The notes under the pieces were generated by a model. That model was not told where the DNA came from, made no database searches, and saw only the letters and a program-made list of their open reading frames with translations. Made by a program: the position numbers and the translations under genes. A stretch of 64,000 bases of DNA from Planctomycetota bacterium (GTDB taxonomy: Bacteria; Planctomycetota; B15-G4), in NCBI GenBank assembly GCA_965248575.1, contig CBDFJQ010000002.1:1568001-1632000 (forward strand), in the 5' to 3' direction. Shown here piece after piece: positions 37,282 to 46,725 of this stretch (position 1 is the stretch's first letter; each line of letters begins with the position of its first letter).

Positions 37282-38070
37282 TCAGCGCACCTTCAACACC
37301 TTGTGGACTTGCGGCACCACGCGCACATCCAGACCAAAGCGAGAGAGTTCGTCCACGAAGGGGTCCAAACGCTCCCGTGGCAGGGCTGGCGAGCCGCCAT
37401 GCGCCGTCACGGGTTGCAGGAACACGGCACTCTCCGGCGCATACTTCCCAAGCAGTTGGGCTGCCCGGGAGACCTCCGAAACAGGGGTATCCCCGTCGAC
37501 GATCAGCTTGAAGAAGGTCTCGACGCCATCCAAGACCCCGCTAGCCAGCACCTTCTCGTGCTCATCCAGGGCCGAGGGGCGGCCCGTTGCCGTGGGCAAC
37601 TTCAGGTCACAAGCCACCCAGCGCACGGCGGGAACGACGCGGGCCAAGGCCTCGGCGTCGAGCCCTGAGGTCTCGAGCATGACCGGGCGCGGGCTCAACG
37701 CCCGGCAGAGTGCCTCGGCGAAGGCTGGCTGCTCCAGGGGTTCGCCACCGGTCAGGCTGACGGGAGAGTCGCCTCCGGGGTCCACCTGATCGACCATGTC
37801 GAGCACATCCTGCACCCGGACCGGATTGTGCAGGTAGCGCTCACCCTGGCTTGGACCCATTGCTTGACCTGCCTCCGGCACGCGCACGCGGGCCAGCGAA
37901 CCCAACGCCCACTCGGTGTCGCAATACCGACACCCCACCTCACACCCTGCCAGGCGCACGAACACCTGCCGCTTGCCCAGCAACAGACCTTCGCCCTGGT
38001 AGCTGCGAAAGACCTCCGCCAGGTGGCCCGTCACCGGTCCTGCGGCGGCGTCCTGATCAGCGGCGGCCAT
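37282..38070 (-). CDS. queE: 7-carboxy-7-deazaguanine synthase (radical SAM)
   Basis: EVFRSYQGEG, FVRLAGCEVGCRYCDT, LTGGEPL, PQVHK. Confidence 0.88.
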   Translation of the reverse strand: MAAADQDAAAGPVTGHLAEVFRSYQGEGLLLGKRQVFVRLAGCEVGCRYCDTEWALGSLARVRVPEAGQAMGPSQGERYLHNPVRVQDVLDMVDQVDPGGDSPVSLTGGEPLEQPAFAEALCRALSPRPVMLETSGLDAEALARVVPAVRWVACDLKLPTATGRPSALDEHEKVLASGVLDGVETFFKLIVDGDTPVSEVSRAAQLLGKYAPESAVFLQPVTAHGGSPALPRERLDPFVDELSRFGLDVRVVPQVHKVLKVR

Positions 38071-38149
38071 GTTCGTCCTGGGTCATCGAGAGGTGCGAAG
38101 CAAGGGCTGGGCGCGACGGCGCGCTACCCCACTTGGAGGGAGAGCCGGC

Positions 38150-39268
38150 TCAGCCTGCGGCGAACCGGTCGGCGAGACCGAGCAGCGCATCGGCGCCGCG
38201 GTCCAAGACCTCGTCGCTGGCGGCGAAGGACAGTCGGAAGTGCGTGTCCTTGGCCGAGAAAGCGCTGCCCGGAACGAGCAGGAGCTTCTGCTCCAAGGCG
38301 GCTTCCGTGAAGGTCTCACCCGTCGCCCCCGCGGGCAGCGGCGGGTACATGTAGAACGAGCCGCCGGGCGTCGGGAAATCGAAACGCTCGGCCAGACGCG
38401 CATGGAAGGAATCGCGCTTGTGGCTGTAGTCGGCGATCTGTTCGGACATGTCCACATCCATGGCGGCCAGGCACGCGGCCTGAGCCATGGAGGGTGCGCA
38501 CACGAACGTGAACTGCTGCATGCGGCGCATGGCATCGATCAGATCGTGGGGCCCGGCCGCATAGCCCATGCGCCAGCCGGGCATGCCGAAGGTCTTGGAG
38601 AAACCACCTAGGAGCAACAGACGGTCGGTGTCGATGTGGCCGGCAGCCGAGGCGTGGGGCGCGTCGTAGACAAACTCGTCGTAGATCTCATCGGAGACCA
38701 CGATCAGGTCGTGCTTGCGCGCAAAGGCACCCACGACATCCAACTCATCAGCGCTCAAGACCCGGCCCGTGGGGTTGCTGGGCGAGTTGATGAGCAGGAG
38801 CTTCGTCTTGTCCGTGCGGCCCTTCTCCAAGGCCGCCTCGGTGAGCGGCACCCCGGGCGCCATCTCGTAGGGGCTCCAGTCCGCTCCGACCAGACCCGCC
38901 AACACCGGGTACATGGTGAAGTAGGGGTCGGGCAGCATCACGTGGTCGCCCGGGTCCAGGACACCCATGAAGCCGAGCAGCAGACCGCCAGAAACGCCTG
39001 CGGTCACGAGGCTCTCCTTGCCGTCGTAGCCGTAGCGCTTCTCGAGCCGATCCAGGATGCGGTCGTTCAGCTCCGGCAGGCCCTGGGTCACCGTGTAGCG
39101 ATTGAAGCCATCGCGGATTGCCGCAATGGCGGCTTCCTTTATGACGTCCGGCACATCGAAGTGCGCCTGCCCGATGGACAGATTGATCGGGTCGTCCATG
39201 AACTGGACCCGCTCGAAGATCTTGCGGATCCCGCTGGCTTCAACACCGTCAGCGCGGCGCGAGACCAT
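38150..39268 (-). CDS. PLP-dependent aminotransferase class I/II
   Basis: NLSIGQ, NSPSNPTG, SDEIY, GFSKTFGMPGWRMGY. Confidence 0.93.
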   Translation of the reverse strand: MVSRRADGVEASGIRKIFERVQFMDDPINLSIGQAHFDVPDVIKEAAIAAIRDGFNRYTVTQGLPELNDRILDRLEKRYGYDGKESLVTAGVSGGLLLGFMGVLDPGDHVMLPDPYFTMYPVLAGLVGADWSPYEMAPGVPLTEAALEKGRTDKTKLLLINSPSNPTGRVLSADELDVVGAFARKHDLIVVSDEIYDEFVYDAPHASAAGHIDTDRLLLLGGFSKTFGMPGWRMGYAAGPHDLIDAMRRMQQFTFVCAPSMAQAACLAAMDVDMSEQIADYSHKRDSFHARLAERFDFPTPGGSFYMYPPLPAGATGETFTEAALEQKLLLVPGSAFSAKDTHFRLSFAASDEVLDRGADALLGLADRFAAG

Positions 39269-39270
39269 GC

Positions 39271-39444
39271 TTACGTCTTCTTGCGCGCCTTGACGCCCGT
39301 CCGAACCTTGCGCAAGCCGTAGACGGACTTGTCGTTGGTCCACTCTCCGTCCTTCTGCAGGGCTTCGAGACGCTCGATGCGCGTCCACACGTTGCGGGAC
39401 CGGAGCAGGGAACTCTTGACCTTCAGGCTGGGGTGGATAGACAT
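39271..39444 (-). CDS. Small basic protein, PVC superphylum signature (TIGR04137-like)
   Basis: MSIHPSLKVKSSLLRSRNVWTRIERLEALQKDGEW...SVYGLRKVR matches the consensus as I recall it; AAGGA RBS. Confidence 0.88.
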   Translation of the reverse strand: MSIHPSLKVKSSLLRSRNVWTRIERLEALQKDGEWTNDKSVYGLRKVRTGVKARKKT

Positions 39445-39565
39445 CGGCAAGAGTTCCTTTGATGACTGGCGGACGAGGGTGTTCCGCATCGACCTGGTAA
39501 GCAGACGCAGGCCTTTTTAAAGAGCCCGCTCAAGCCGGGCCATGGTCCACATCGAGCCAGACGGG

Positions 39566-40417
39566 TCAAGGCTCGCCCAGGGAATCCGGCACGGGATGGG
39601 CCACGATGCGGGCATCCACGAAGGGCGCCGCCTTCCCTCCCGGCCAGTTGTCGATGGCCAGCAGGGCGTCTAGGGCTCCTTGCAGGGCCGCCTCGGTCCG
39701 GGCCGCCCCGACGATCAACTCGAAGCTGGAATAGCTTCCGGCGCTCTCGGCCTCATGCCCGATGAGGGTCACGCCCGGCAGGCCGCGCTGAGCGAGTTCC
39801 CTGTGGGCGGCGACGGCCAGCTCCTGGCCGCGCTCGGACCCGTTGTAGACCGCTGCGCGAATGGTGAACCAATCTGGCTTCACCGCCGCCGCGCCATCTC
39901 CTGCGTCCTGGGCCGCCGTCGTGGCATGACCCGGCCCCGGCGGCAAGACGTCGCCCAGCTTCATGGTGGGCATCTCGCTGACCCCGTCGCCCAGCCAGAA
40001 CTGCTTGAAGACGACGACCAACACCACGGCGGACAGCATCACGATGGCGCCAAAGAAGATGGTGCGCGTGGCGCCCTCCGCCTTGCGAGCACCCTTGCTC
40101 TTGGCCTTGGACTTGCCCTGCTTACCCCAAGCTGGAGCAAACAGGCGCGCTCCCGAGGACAGGCGCGGCGGCTTGGCCTGGGAGGCCTTGGGCTGGCTTG
40201 AGGCCCTCGAGGCCCCGGCGGAGCGGCGTTTGGAAGCCTTCGGCTTCGCCTTGCCGACAGTCCCTGCGGCCGAGCCGAGGCCGGAGCGCGCCTTGCTCGG
40301 AACCTTGTGCTTCACGGACGACGCGATGACCTTTCCAGCCACCGTTCGGCGCTGGGAGGCCTTGTCGAAGCCATCCTGATTGGATCGAAACACGTCCAGC
40401 GGATGTTGTCGTCCCAC
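39566..40417 (-). CDS. Bitopic membrane protein with a basic N-terminus and a SPOR-like C-terminal domain
   Basis: K/R-rich N-terminal ~115 aa, one TM helix, C-terminal alpha/beta domain. Confidence 0.55.
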   Translation of the reverse strand: MGRQHPLDVFRSNQDGFDKASQRRTVAGKVIASSVKHKVPSKARSGLGSAAGTVGKAKPKASKRRSAGASRASSQPKASQAKPPRLSSGARLFAPAWGKQGKSKAKSKGARKAEGATRTIFFGAIVMLSAVVLVVVFKQFWLGDGVSEMPTMKLGDVLPPGPGHATTAAQDAGDGAAAVKPDWFTIRAAVYNGSERGQELAVAAHRELAQRGLPGVTLIGHEAESAGSYSSFELIVGAARTEAALQGALDALLAIDNWPGGKAAPFVDARIVAHPVPDSLGEP

Positions 40418-40527
40418 AGCCGCGCCCTCACGAAGTCCATCACGGAGCCATCAGTTGGTGGACCAAGCTATCGCGCCCAAGAGGCCGATCCAAGCTGCGA
40501 GACGCAAAGTAATGGGGCGAAGTGCGC

Positions 40528-41799
40528 TCAGCCTCGCGCCGTGCGCACCAGCTCGCGGAACAAGGCCTCTTCTTGGGCCAGGCTGCGGCCCACGGCGTGC
40601 TGGAAGGCCTCGTCAGCCGGCTTCGACGCCAGGGCCCGAGCCCAGCGCAGCGCGGCACCCATCCCATGCTGGCTGACCACGTGGTCCACGAAGGCGAAGC
40701 TCAGCAGGTAGCCGACGTGCACCTGTTGGGCGTCCCCGACCTCCAGGAAGGAGGACGGCAGGTCGGCGATACGCGGGAGTTCAGCCCGTTCCAGACCCAT
40801 GCTTTCGAGCCCGTTCACCAGGCGCCCCATGCCCTCCCCGCGACCGTACTCGGCGAGCTGGGCCAGCCCCTCGTTGAGATAGACGGGGCAACGAGGCGCC
40901 AGCTCGCTCACGATCAGGTGCGTGTACTCATGGCGGAAGGCCGCCTCGATGCGCGGGCGGTCCGCGTCGGGGTCGGCAATGGGCAAGCGGATCTTGCGGT
41001 CGAAGAGGCCCCCCACCCATTCGTGGGTGCCCGTCACCTGCCGGAAGGCCTCTGGAGGATAGAGCACCACGATCGCCTTGCTGCGGGGGAACTGGTCGAA
41101 GGTGTTGCAGACCTCGGCTCGAGCACGATCCAGAAGCTCCGCCAACTCCAGGAAGTCGGTTTCCTTGGGATGCCTGATCACGAAGGTGCTCGTGACATCC
41201 GTGCGGTAGTCCTTCTCTACGGCGTACTGCCGCTCGGTCCGCTCCAGCGCAGTGGCAGCCTTGGCGGCGAAATCACCCTCGGCGAAGGTCTGCGCCTTGC
41301 GGTAGGCATCGAGCGCCTCCGGCAATCGATCCAGGAGGTTGAGCGTGTCGCCCATGAGCTGGTGCGCCATGGCGTCCGCGGGATCGAGGCCCACGGCAGC
41401 CTTCAGTTCTTCCAGCGCGGTGTCCAGCCGATAGAGCCTCAGCGAGAGGCTGGCGAGGTGCAGTCGGTAGCCGATGTTCTCGGGGTCGTTCTGGATGGCA
41501 CGGTCGTAGTCGGCCGCAGCCGCATCCCACGAGAAGGCGTCGAACTGACCTTGCCCCCGCATGAAGTAGGCATAAGCGAGGTTGCGGGTGAGCACCGCTT
41601 CCCCGGGTTCCAGCTTCAACGCCGATTCCAGATAGAGGACGGCGTCGGACGCCTGTCCCTGCTCCAAGGCGAGCTTCGCCTTCTGGTTCAATTCGTTGAC
41701 GTCGCCGCCGACTGCCGGCTGGCTGGGTCCCGTCGCCGGGCCGGCCCCCACCAGGAACAGGGCCGCACACAGGAACAGAGATGCCGAACTCATCCTCAA
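40528..41799 (-). CDS. Secreted TPR protein with a C-terminal gluzincin (peptidase MA-like) domain
   Basis: Signal peptide, TPR repeats, HEYTH...LNEGLA. Confidence 0.85.
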   Translation of the reverse strand: MRMSSASLFLCAALFLVGAGPATGPSQPAVGGDVNELNQKAKLALEQGQASDAVLYLESALKLEPGEAVLTRNLAYAYFMRGQGQFDAFSWDAAAADYDRAIQNDPENIGYRLHLASLSLRLYRLDTALEELKAAVGLDPADAMAHQLMGDTLNLLDRLPEALDAYRKAQTFAEGDFAAKAATALERTERQYAVEKDYRTDVTSTFVIRHPKETDFLELAELLDRARAEVCNTFDQFPRSKAIVVLYPPEAFRQVTGTHEWVGGLFDRKIRLPIADPDADRPRIEAAFRHEYTHLIVSELAPRCPVYLNEGLAQLAEYGRGEGMGRLVNGLESMGLERAELPRIADLPSSFLEVGDAQQVHVGYLLSFAFVDHVVSQHGMGAALRWARALASKPADEAFQHAVGRSLAQEEALFRELVRTARG

Positions 41800-42245
41800 C
41801 TCTCTTTCTTGGGTGGGGCTGGCAGCAGGCGTTCATCCCGCGCTGCCTCGACGAAGCGTCTGTAACGATACGGCACACCGGAGACCTCGTGCAGGGCCTT
41901 CATCTCCTGATGAAAGCGCTCATAGGCCGCTGGCATCTCTGCAGCCCAAGCGGGGTCGCAGAAGTAGAGACGGCAGCCCAAGGGCCGGCCGTCCCGCAAT
42001 CTGCAGGTTCCATCGACATGCCACGGACAGAGACCTGAGGGGGCCTCCGGAACCACGCCCCCCGCCTTCTCCAGGGCGTAGGACGATTCCAGGTCGGTGG
42101 CGAAGAGCTCGTGACCACTGCGGGGAAAGTCACAGCAGAGCCCCGACATCTCACACTTGGGGCGTGCCGCGTCGAGCGCTTCGTCGACGCGCGCGTAGAG
42201 CCGCTCAAGCTCCTGCGATGCAGTGCTTGATTCGTGCTGGGTCAC
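41796..42245 (-). CDS. YkgJ-like cysteine-cluster (Zn or Fe-S) protein
   Basis: CEMSGLCC...CP...C...RPLGCRLYFC. Confidence 0.75.
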   Translation of the reverse strand: MTQHESSTASQELERLYARVDEALDAARPKCEMSGLCCDFPRSGHELFATDLESSYALEKAGGVVPEAPSGLCPWHVDGTCRLRDGRPLGCRLYFCDPAWAAEMPAAYERFHQEMKALHEVSGVPYRYRRFVEAARDERLLPAPPKKES

Positions 42246-43363
42246 CGCTTCTTCCGACGACGGCGGAGCCGCGCGAGGCGTTGCTTCTGGATGCGGTCGG
42301 CGTCATCACTGCCGTCCTCGTCGGGGTCGAAGTCGAGGCTCTTCTTGCCCTCGATCTGGCGCTCGATATCCGCCATCAGCTCTTCCGGGCTCTGGTAACG
42401 GATGTCCCGATCCTTGGCCATCATCTTCTCGATGAAGTAGTGCATGTGCGCACTGATCTTGCCGCCCTTCGTCGTCTCGGCCGACAGCCCTTCAAGCACC
42501 GCCTTCTGCACCAGCTCTTCGTCATCCCCCGAGAACGGAAGCTCACCCAGGACGAGCTGATAGAGGGTGGCGCCCAAAGCGTAGATGTCGCTGCGTACAT
42601 CCAGATCGCCGATGCCGCGTGCCAACTCCGGCGACAAATAGGCTGCTGTACCCCGTGTCGTGCCCGACTCCGCGCCACCAGCTCCGCCCACCACGGCGAA
42701 GCCCAGGTCGATGACCTTCACCTCGTGCGTCTCGGGCACGAACAGGATGTTCCCCGGCTTGATGTCGCGATGCACGATGCCTTGGCTGCGCAGGTATTCC
42801 AGGGCCCTGGCCACCTGCAGCACCACATAGAGGGCCGCGTCCTCATCGAAGACATCGCCTTCGGCAATGGCGTCCTGCAGGGAGCGGCCCTGCACGCACT
42901 CCATGAAGCTCAGATAGCGGCCCGCCAGCTTGCCCGACTTGTGGCCCTTGACCACGTTGGGATGGTCCAGCTTCTGGAGCAGCTGAGACTCTCCCAGGAA
43001 GGCCTGGACTTCGGCCGGCTCGAGGGCCACATGGTCGTGCATGAGCTTGACCGCGAGCCGCGCGCCGTCCGATTTTCTGCGCACCGCGAAGACATTTGCA
43101 GAGCCACCTTCCCCCAGCTTGCGTTCATACAAGTGGCCTGGGAGCTCCGGCACGTCCTCCGCATCCGTCCGGAAAAGAGCAGTCAATCGATCTTTGTCGA
43201 TGAGACCTGCGCGCACCGCAAGAGACGCCAGGGAGACAGGTTTCCCTGCCTGCGCAGCTTTTCGTGCTTGGTTGAAGAGGTCTTCGACTTCCCCTCGCTG
43301 AAGGATTCCCTTCACCGCGAGGCGACCGAAGAAGCGTGCTTCTACTGCGGGATCGATGGCCAT
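42242..43363 (-). CDS. Hanks-type Ser/Thr protein kinase
   Basis: LGEGGSANVF, AVK, HRDIKPGN, DLG, YLSPE, DIYALG; start trimmed from the 948-aa track ORF to MAIDP. Confidence 0.92.
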   Translation of the reverse strand: MAIDPAVEARFFGRLAVKGILQRGEVEDLFNQARKAAQAGKPVSLASLAVRAGLIDKDRLTALFRTDAEDVPELPGHLYERKLGEGGSANVFAVRRKSDGARLAVKLMHDHVALEPAEVQAFLGESQLLQKLDHPNVVKGHKSGKLAGRYLSFMECVQGRSLQDAIAEGDVFDEDAALYVVLQVARALEYLRSQGIVHRDIKPGNILFVPETHEVKVIDLGFAVVGGAGGAESGTTRGTAAYLSPELARGIGDLDVRSDIYALGATLYQLVLGELPFSGDDEELVQKAVLEGLSAETTKGGKISAHMHYFIEKMMAKDRDIRYQSPEELMADIERQIEGKKSLDFDPDEDGSDDADRIQKQRLARLRRRRKKR

Positions 43364-43495
43364 GGTGCGCGGCATCGTAACGGCGCATGTCCATTCGATC
43401 GAGGAGCGAGAAAGCGGCACCTCAAGCGAAGCGTGACCGATGACCGATGACAGGTTCGCCTCAGCAACACCCCACACACCATCGACCCACACCGC

Positions 43496-44908
43496 TTGAC
43501 CCACACCAGGGAGGACCAGGTGCCGAGTTCCGACGAGAACGTCGTCCTGAAGTATTGCGAGCTCTTGGATGAGTTCATCCGCATTCGGACGACCGCCGAC
43601 GACGGCACTCGTCAGCTGACCGGAAGTGGTGCGGTGAACAACCGCGCGGCCTACCATCAGCTGGTGGTGAATGTGTGTGTCGTGGATTATGAAGAGCAGG
43701 TGCTCCCGCTCTTCCAACGCCACAACAAGATCTACCAGACCGAAGCGCTGGTGGAGTTGCTGTACCAGATCTGCATCGAGGTGAACCCCCACCTCGAGAT
43801 CCACAGCGTGACCCTGCCCTCGGACAGCACCGAGGATGGTTCGCTGGACACCGGAAGCCTGGAGCTGGACGAGGCGTGGCTGGAAGAGGAGGAGATGTTC
43901 GCGTTCCAGGAGCGGGTGCGGGACATCGAGACCAACCTCAGCAAGCGCGTGGTGGGGCAGACGTCCGCAGTGCACGCTGTTGCGCATGCCGTCAAGAAGG
44001 CGGCCGTCGGCTTGAAGGACCCGCGCAAACCCGTGGGAGTCTTCCTGTTGGTCGGCCCCACCGGAACGGGCAAGACCGAGTTGGCCAAGTCCCTCACGCG
44101 TCAGCTCTTCGGCAACCTCTCCCAGCTGGTGCGCATCGACTGCAGCGAGTACGCCCTGCCCCATGAGTACGCCAAGCTGATCGGCGCACCTCCTGGCTAC
44201 ATCGGACACAACGAAGGCGGCCAGCTCACCGAGGCCGTGAAGAAGGCCAAGACCTGCGTGGTGCTCTTCGACGAGATCGAGAAGGCGCACGAGAAGGTGC
44301 ACAACCTCCTGTTGCAGCTCATGGATGAGGGAACACTCACCGACAGCAAGGGTGAGAAGATCTCCTTCCAGCAGGCCGTCGTGTTGATGACGAGCAACAT
44401 CGGTGTAGACGATGTGCACCGCATCGCCGACCGCGTGGGCTTTGGCCAGCGCCAGGACGACGACATGGATGCCAACTCCGTGGCGTTCACCATGAACGAA
44501 GCCGTCAAGCGCGCGTTCCGGCCGGAGTTCATCAACCGCATCGACGAAGTGATCCAGTTCCGCCCCCTGACCATGTCGGACTGCGAACAGATCGCCGTCC
44601 TGCAGCTGGACGAGATGGCGGGCTACCTGGAGCGGACAGGGGTCCACCTCCGTTTCGCTCCCTCCCTCAGCCGACACCTCGCCAAGATGGGCTGGTCTGC
44701 GGAATACGGCGCCCGGGAGTTGCGACGTCATATCCGGGATGAGGTCGAGGACCCGCTCACCGAGAAGCTCATGGATGGCAGCTTCGCCCCAGGCGACACC
44801 ATCAGCATCAGCGTGCGCGGCAAGAACAAGGTGGTCATGACCCCGGTCCAGGTCCGCCGCAAGAAGTCCTCCAAGCGCGAGAGCGCCCCGGAGACCGAGG
44901 CGCTCTAG
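43496..44908 (+). CDS. Clp-family AAA+ ATPase with a single (D2-type) ATPase module
   Basis: RVVGQ, GPTGTGKT, RIDCSEY, LIGAPPGYIG, VVLFDEIEKAH, MTSN, VGF, FRPEFINRID, YGARELRR; no D1 module. Real start may be GTG 43520. Confidence 0.9.
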   Translation: MTHTREDQVPSSDENVVLKYCELLDEFIRIRTTADDGTRQLTGSGAVNNRAAYHQLVVNVCVVDYEEQVLPLFQRHNKIYQTEALVELLYQICIEVNPHLEIHSVTLPSDSTEDGSLDTGSLELDEAWLEEEEMFAFQERVRDIETNLSKRVVGQTSAVHAVAHAVKKAAVGLKDPRKPVGVFLLVGPTGTGKTELAKSLTRQLFGNLSQLVRIDCSEYALPHEYAKLIGAPPGYIGHNEGGQLTEAVKKAKTCVVLFDEIEKAHEKVHNLLLQLMDEGTLTDSKGEKISFQQAVVLMTSNIGVDDVHRIADRVGFGQRQDDDMDANSVAFTMNEAVKRAFRPEFINRIDEVIQFRPLTMSDCEQIAVLQLDEMAGYLERTGVHLRFAPSLSRHLAKMGWSAEYGARELRRHIRDEVEDPLTEKLMDGSFAPGDTISISVRGKNKVVMTPVQVRRKKSSKRESAPETEAL

Positions 44909-44936
44909 GGGTGGGCGGGCGGTATGCTTTGCCCGT

Positions 44937-46553
44937 ATGAACCCCGCTGAGCCCCAGGAATCTGCCGCCGCCAGCCTCACGGTGCGCTTCCTCACCGGCC
45001 TGGCCGTGGCCTGCGTAGGCCTCTTTGCCGTGCTCTGCGCCACCGCCTTCGTCGAGGCCGACTGGCGCCATTCCGTCGACAGCGCCATCTACCTGCTGAC
45101 GGCCAAGAGCATGTCCTTGGGTGAGGGCTACACCTACCTCGGGCGCCCCTTCTTCGCCCGCCCGCCGGCTCTCAGCTGGACCCTGTCGCACTTCATGGGG
45201 GAGGAGTGGGATTTCCGGTTGGCCAACCAGCTGATCCAGCTCTCCGTGGGCGCCACGCTGATCACCCTGTTGCTGGCGCTCTCACGCATCCACGGTTGGC
45301 TCCGTGCGGCCGTGGTCACCCTGCTGTTTGCCATCAATCCGCTCGTCCTCCGCAATCACAACAACATCCTGGCCGAGTACCCTTTCCTGGCCCTGTTCTT
45401 CGCAGCCGTGTGGTTGCTCTCGACGCGCCGGGACGGTAGCCAGCCCGCGTGGTTCAGCACCGTTCTGGGTGCCCTCCTGCTGGCAGCAGCCGTCAGCTTC
45501 CGCACCGTGGGCGTGTTGTTCCTTCCGGGCCTCGTCCTGCTCGCGCTCTTCCCGCAGAGGGGCCTCGATGAGGCTCCGGAGCCGGGCCCGGGTCGGCGGC
45601 CGCGGCGCAACCTCAAGGCCCTGGCGGCTGCGGGCCTGGTCGCCCTCAGCCTCGTGCCCTGGAGCCTCTACTGCAGCGAAGCCGCCACCCAAGCCGAACG
45701 ACCGTCGACCCAGCTGCTGATGTTTGACTACTCCACGGCGCTCTTCCACACGAACCCCAGAGACCCCGCCTCACCCTTGGTGGATGGCGCGGGCTGGTGG
45801 GCTCGCATCGCCGACAACGCCGTCGAGATCTCCCAGACCCTGACCCACGCCTTCCTGGGCGGCCCAGCCAATGAAGCCCTGAGCACCTACGGCTCGGAGA
45901 CCAATCTGCTCAGCGCGCTGCTCGCGGCCTGCCTGCTGTTCACACTCTGTGTCCGCCGCTCCGCCCTGGACCTCTTCGCCGCCAGCTGCGTGGCCCTGCT
46001 GCTGCTCTACTTCACCTTTGCCGACCGCCTGTTGCTGCCCCTGATCCCCCTGCTCATCTCCTCGGTGATCTTCACCCTGGACAGCTTGGGACGGGGCCTG
46101 GGCAGGCTCACCAAAGGCTCTCTCTCTTCTGGCAGATGGCAGGCCCTCCTGCTCGCGCTCTTCGCACTCGGCCTGGGGGGGCTGAGTGCGACACGCTTCC
46201 AGGAGTCCCGGGAGCTGACCTCCACCAAGCGACGCTTCCAGCGGGATGATCTGGCCACCGCCGACTGGGTGCGGAACAACCTGCCCAGCGACGCCCGTCT
46301 CCTGCACGAGAAGGGCGCCGTGCTGTCGGTGCTCACAGGGCGCACGACCTACACCTACCGCAACCTGGCCGGCCCCTGGCCCGAAAGCTGTCCGGAGGTG
46401 GATTTCGCCATCTTCAGCCCGCGGCCCCGACGCGAGCCCACCGAAGACCTGTTGGGCCTGGTCGCCAAGCCCCCGATCCTGGTGCCCTTCAAGTGGAAGG
46501 GCCAGATGAGCAACATCCGGATCTACGCCCTCGACCCTCCGTCAGGCCACTGA
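44937..46553 (+). CDS. GT-C superfamily (ArnT/PMT_2-like) membrane glycosyltransferase
   Basis: DSAIYLLTAKSM...GY...RPP first loop; multiple TM helices; ILAEYPF. Confidence 0.75.
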   Translation: MNPAEPQESAAASLTVRFLTGLAVACVGLFAVLCATAFVEADWRHSVDSAIYLLTAKSMSLGEGYTYLGRPFFARPPALSWTLSHFMGEEWDFRLANQLIQLSVGATLITLLLALSRIHGWLRAAVVTLLFAINPLVLRNHNNILAEYPFLALFFAAVWLLSTRRDGSQPAWFSTVLGALLLAAAVSFRTVGVLFLPGLVLLALFPQRGLDEAPEPGPGRRPRRNLKALAAAGLVALSLVPWSLYCSEAATQAERPSTQLLMFDYSTALFHTNPRDPASPLVDGAGWWARIADNAVEISQTLTHAFLGGPANEALSTYGSETNLLSALLAACLLFTLCVRRSALDLFAASCVALLLLYFTFADRLLLPLIPLLISSVIFTLDSLGRGLGRLTKGSLSSGRWQALLLALFALGLGGLSATRFQESRELTSTKRRFQRDDLATADWVRNNLPSDARLLHEKGAVLSVLTGRTTYTYRNLAGPWPESCPEVDFAIFSPRPRREPTEDLLGLVAKPPILVPFKWKGQMSNIRIYALDPPSGH

Positions 46554-46725
46554 CTCACATCACGGCGGCCCAGCTCGGGATAGGCTCCCCTGTCAAGGGT
46601 TCCGCTCTCCGCCACAGCGGCTGGGTGCGTGCAATTGGAGCCCGGGACCCTGGCCTTGCTAGCCTTCCTGGCCTCGAACCCCGCCGCCATGCCCTTTCCT
46701 TCCCTCGCCCCCGGTCAGACAGCCC

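Noticed and set aside
37282..38070. Deazaguanine DNA-modification (dpd) defence island
   Set aside because: queE is alone among housekeeping genes, with no dpdA/tgt paralogue or other que genes in the window.
42242..45088. 948-aa ORF suggesting a giant kinase
   Set aside because: The N-terminal ~570 aa are the antisense shadow of the Clp ATPase; kinase-like sequence starts near 43363.
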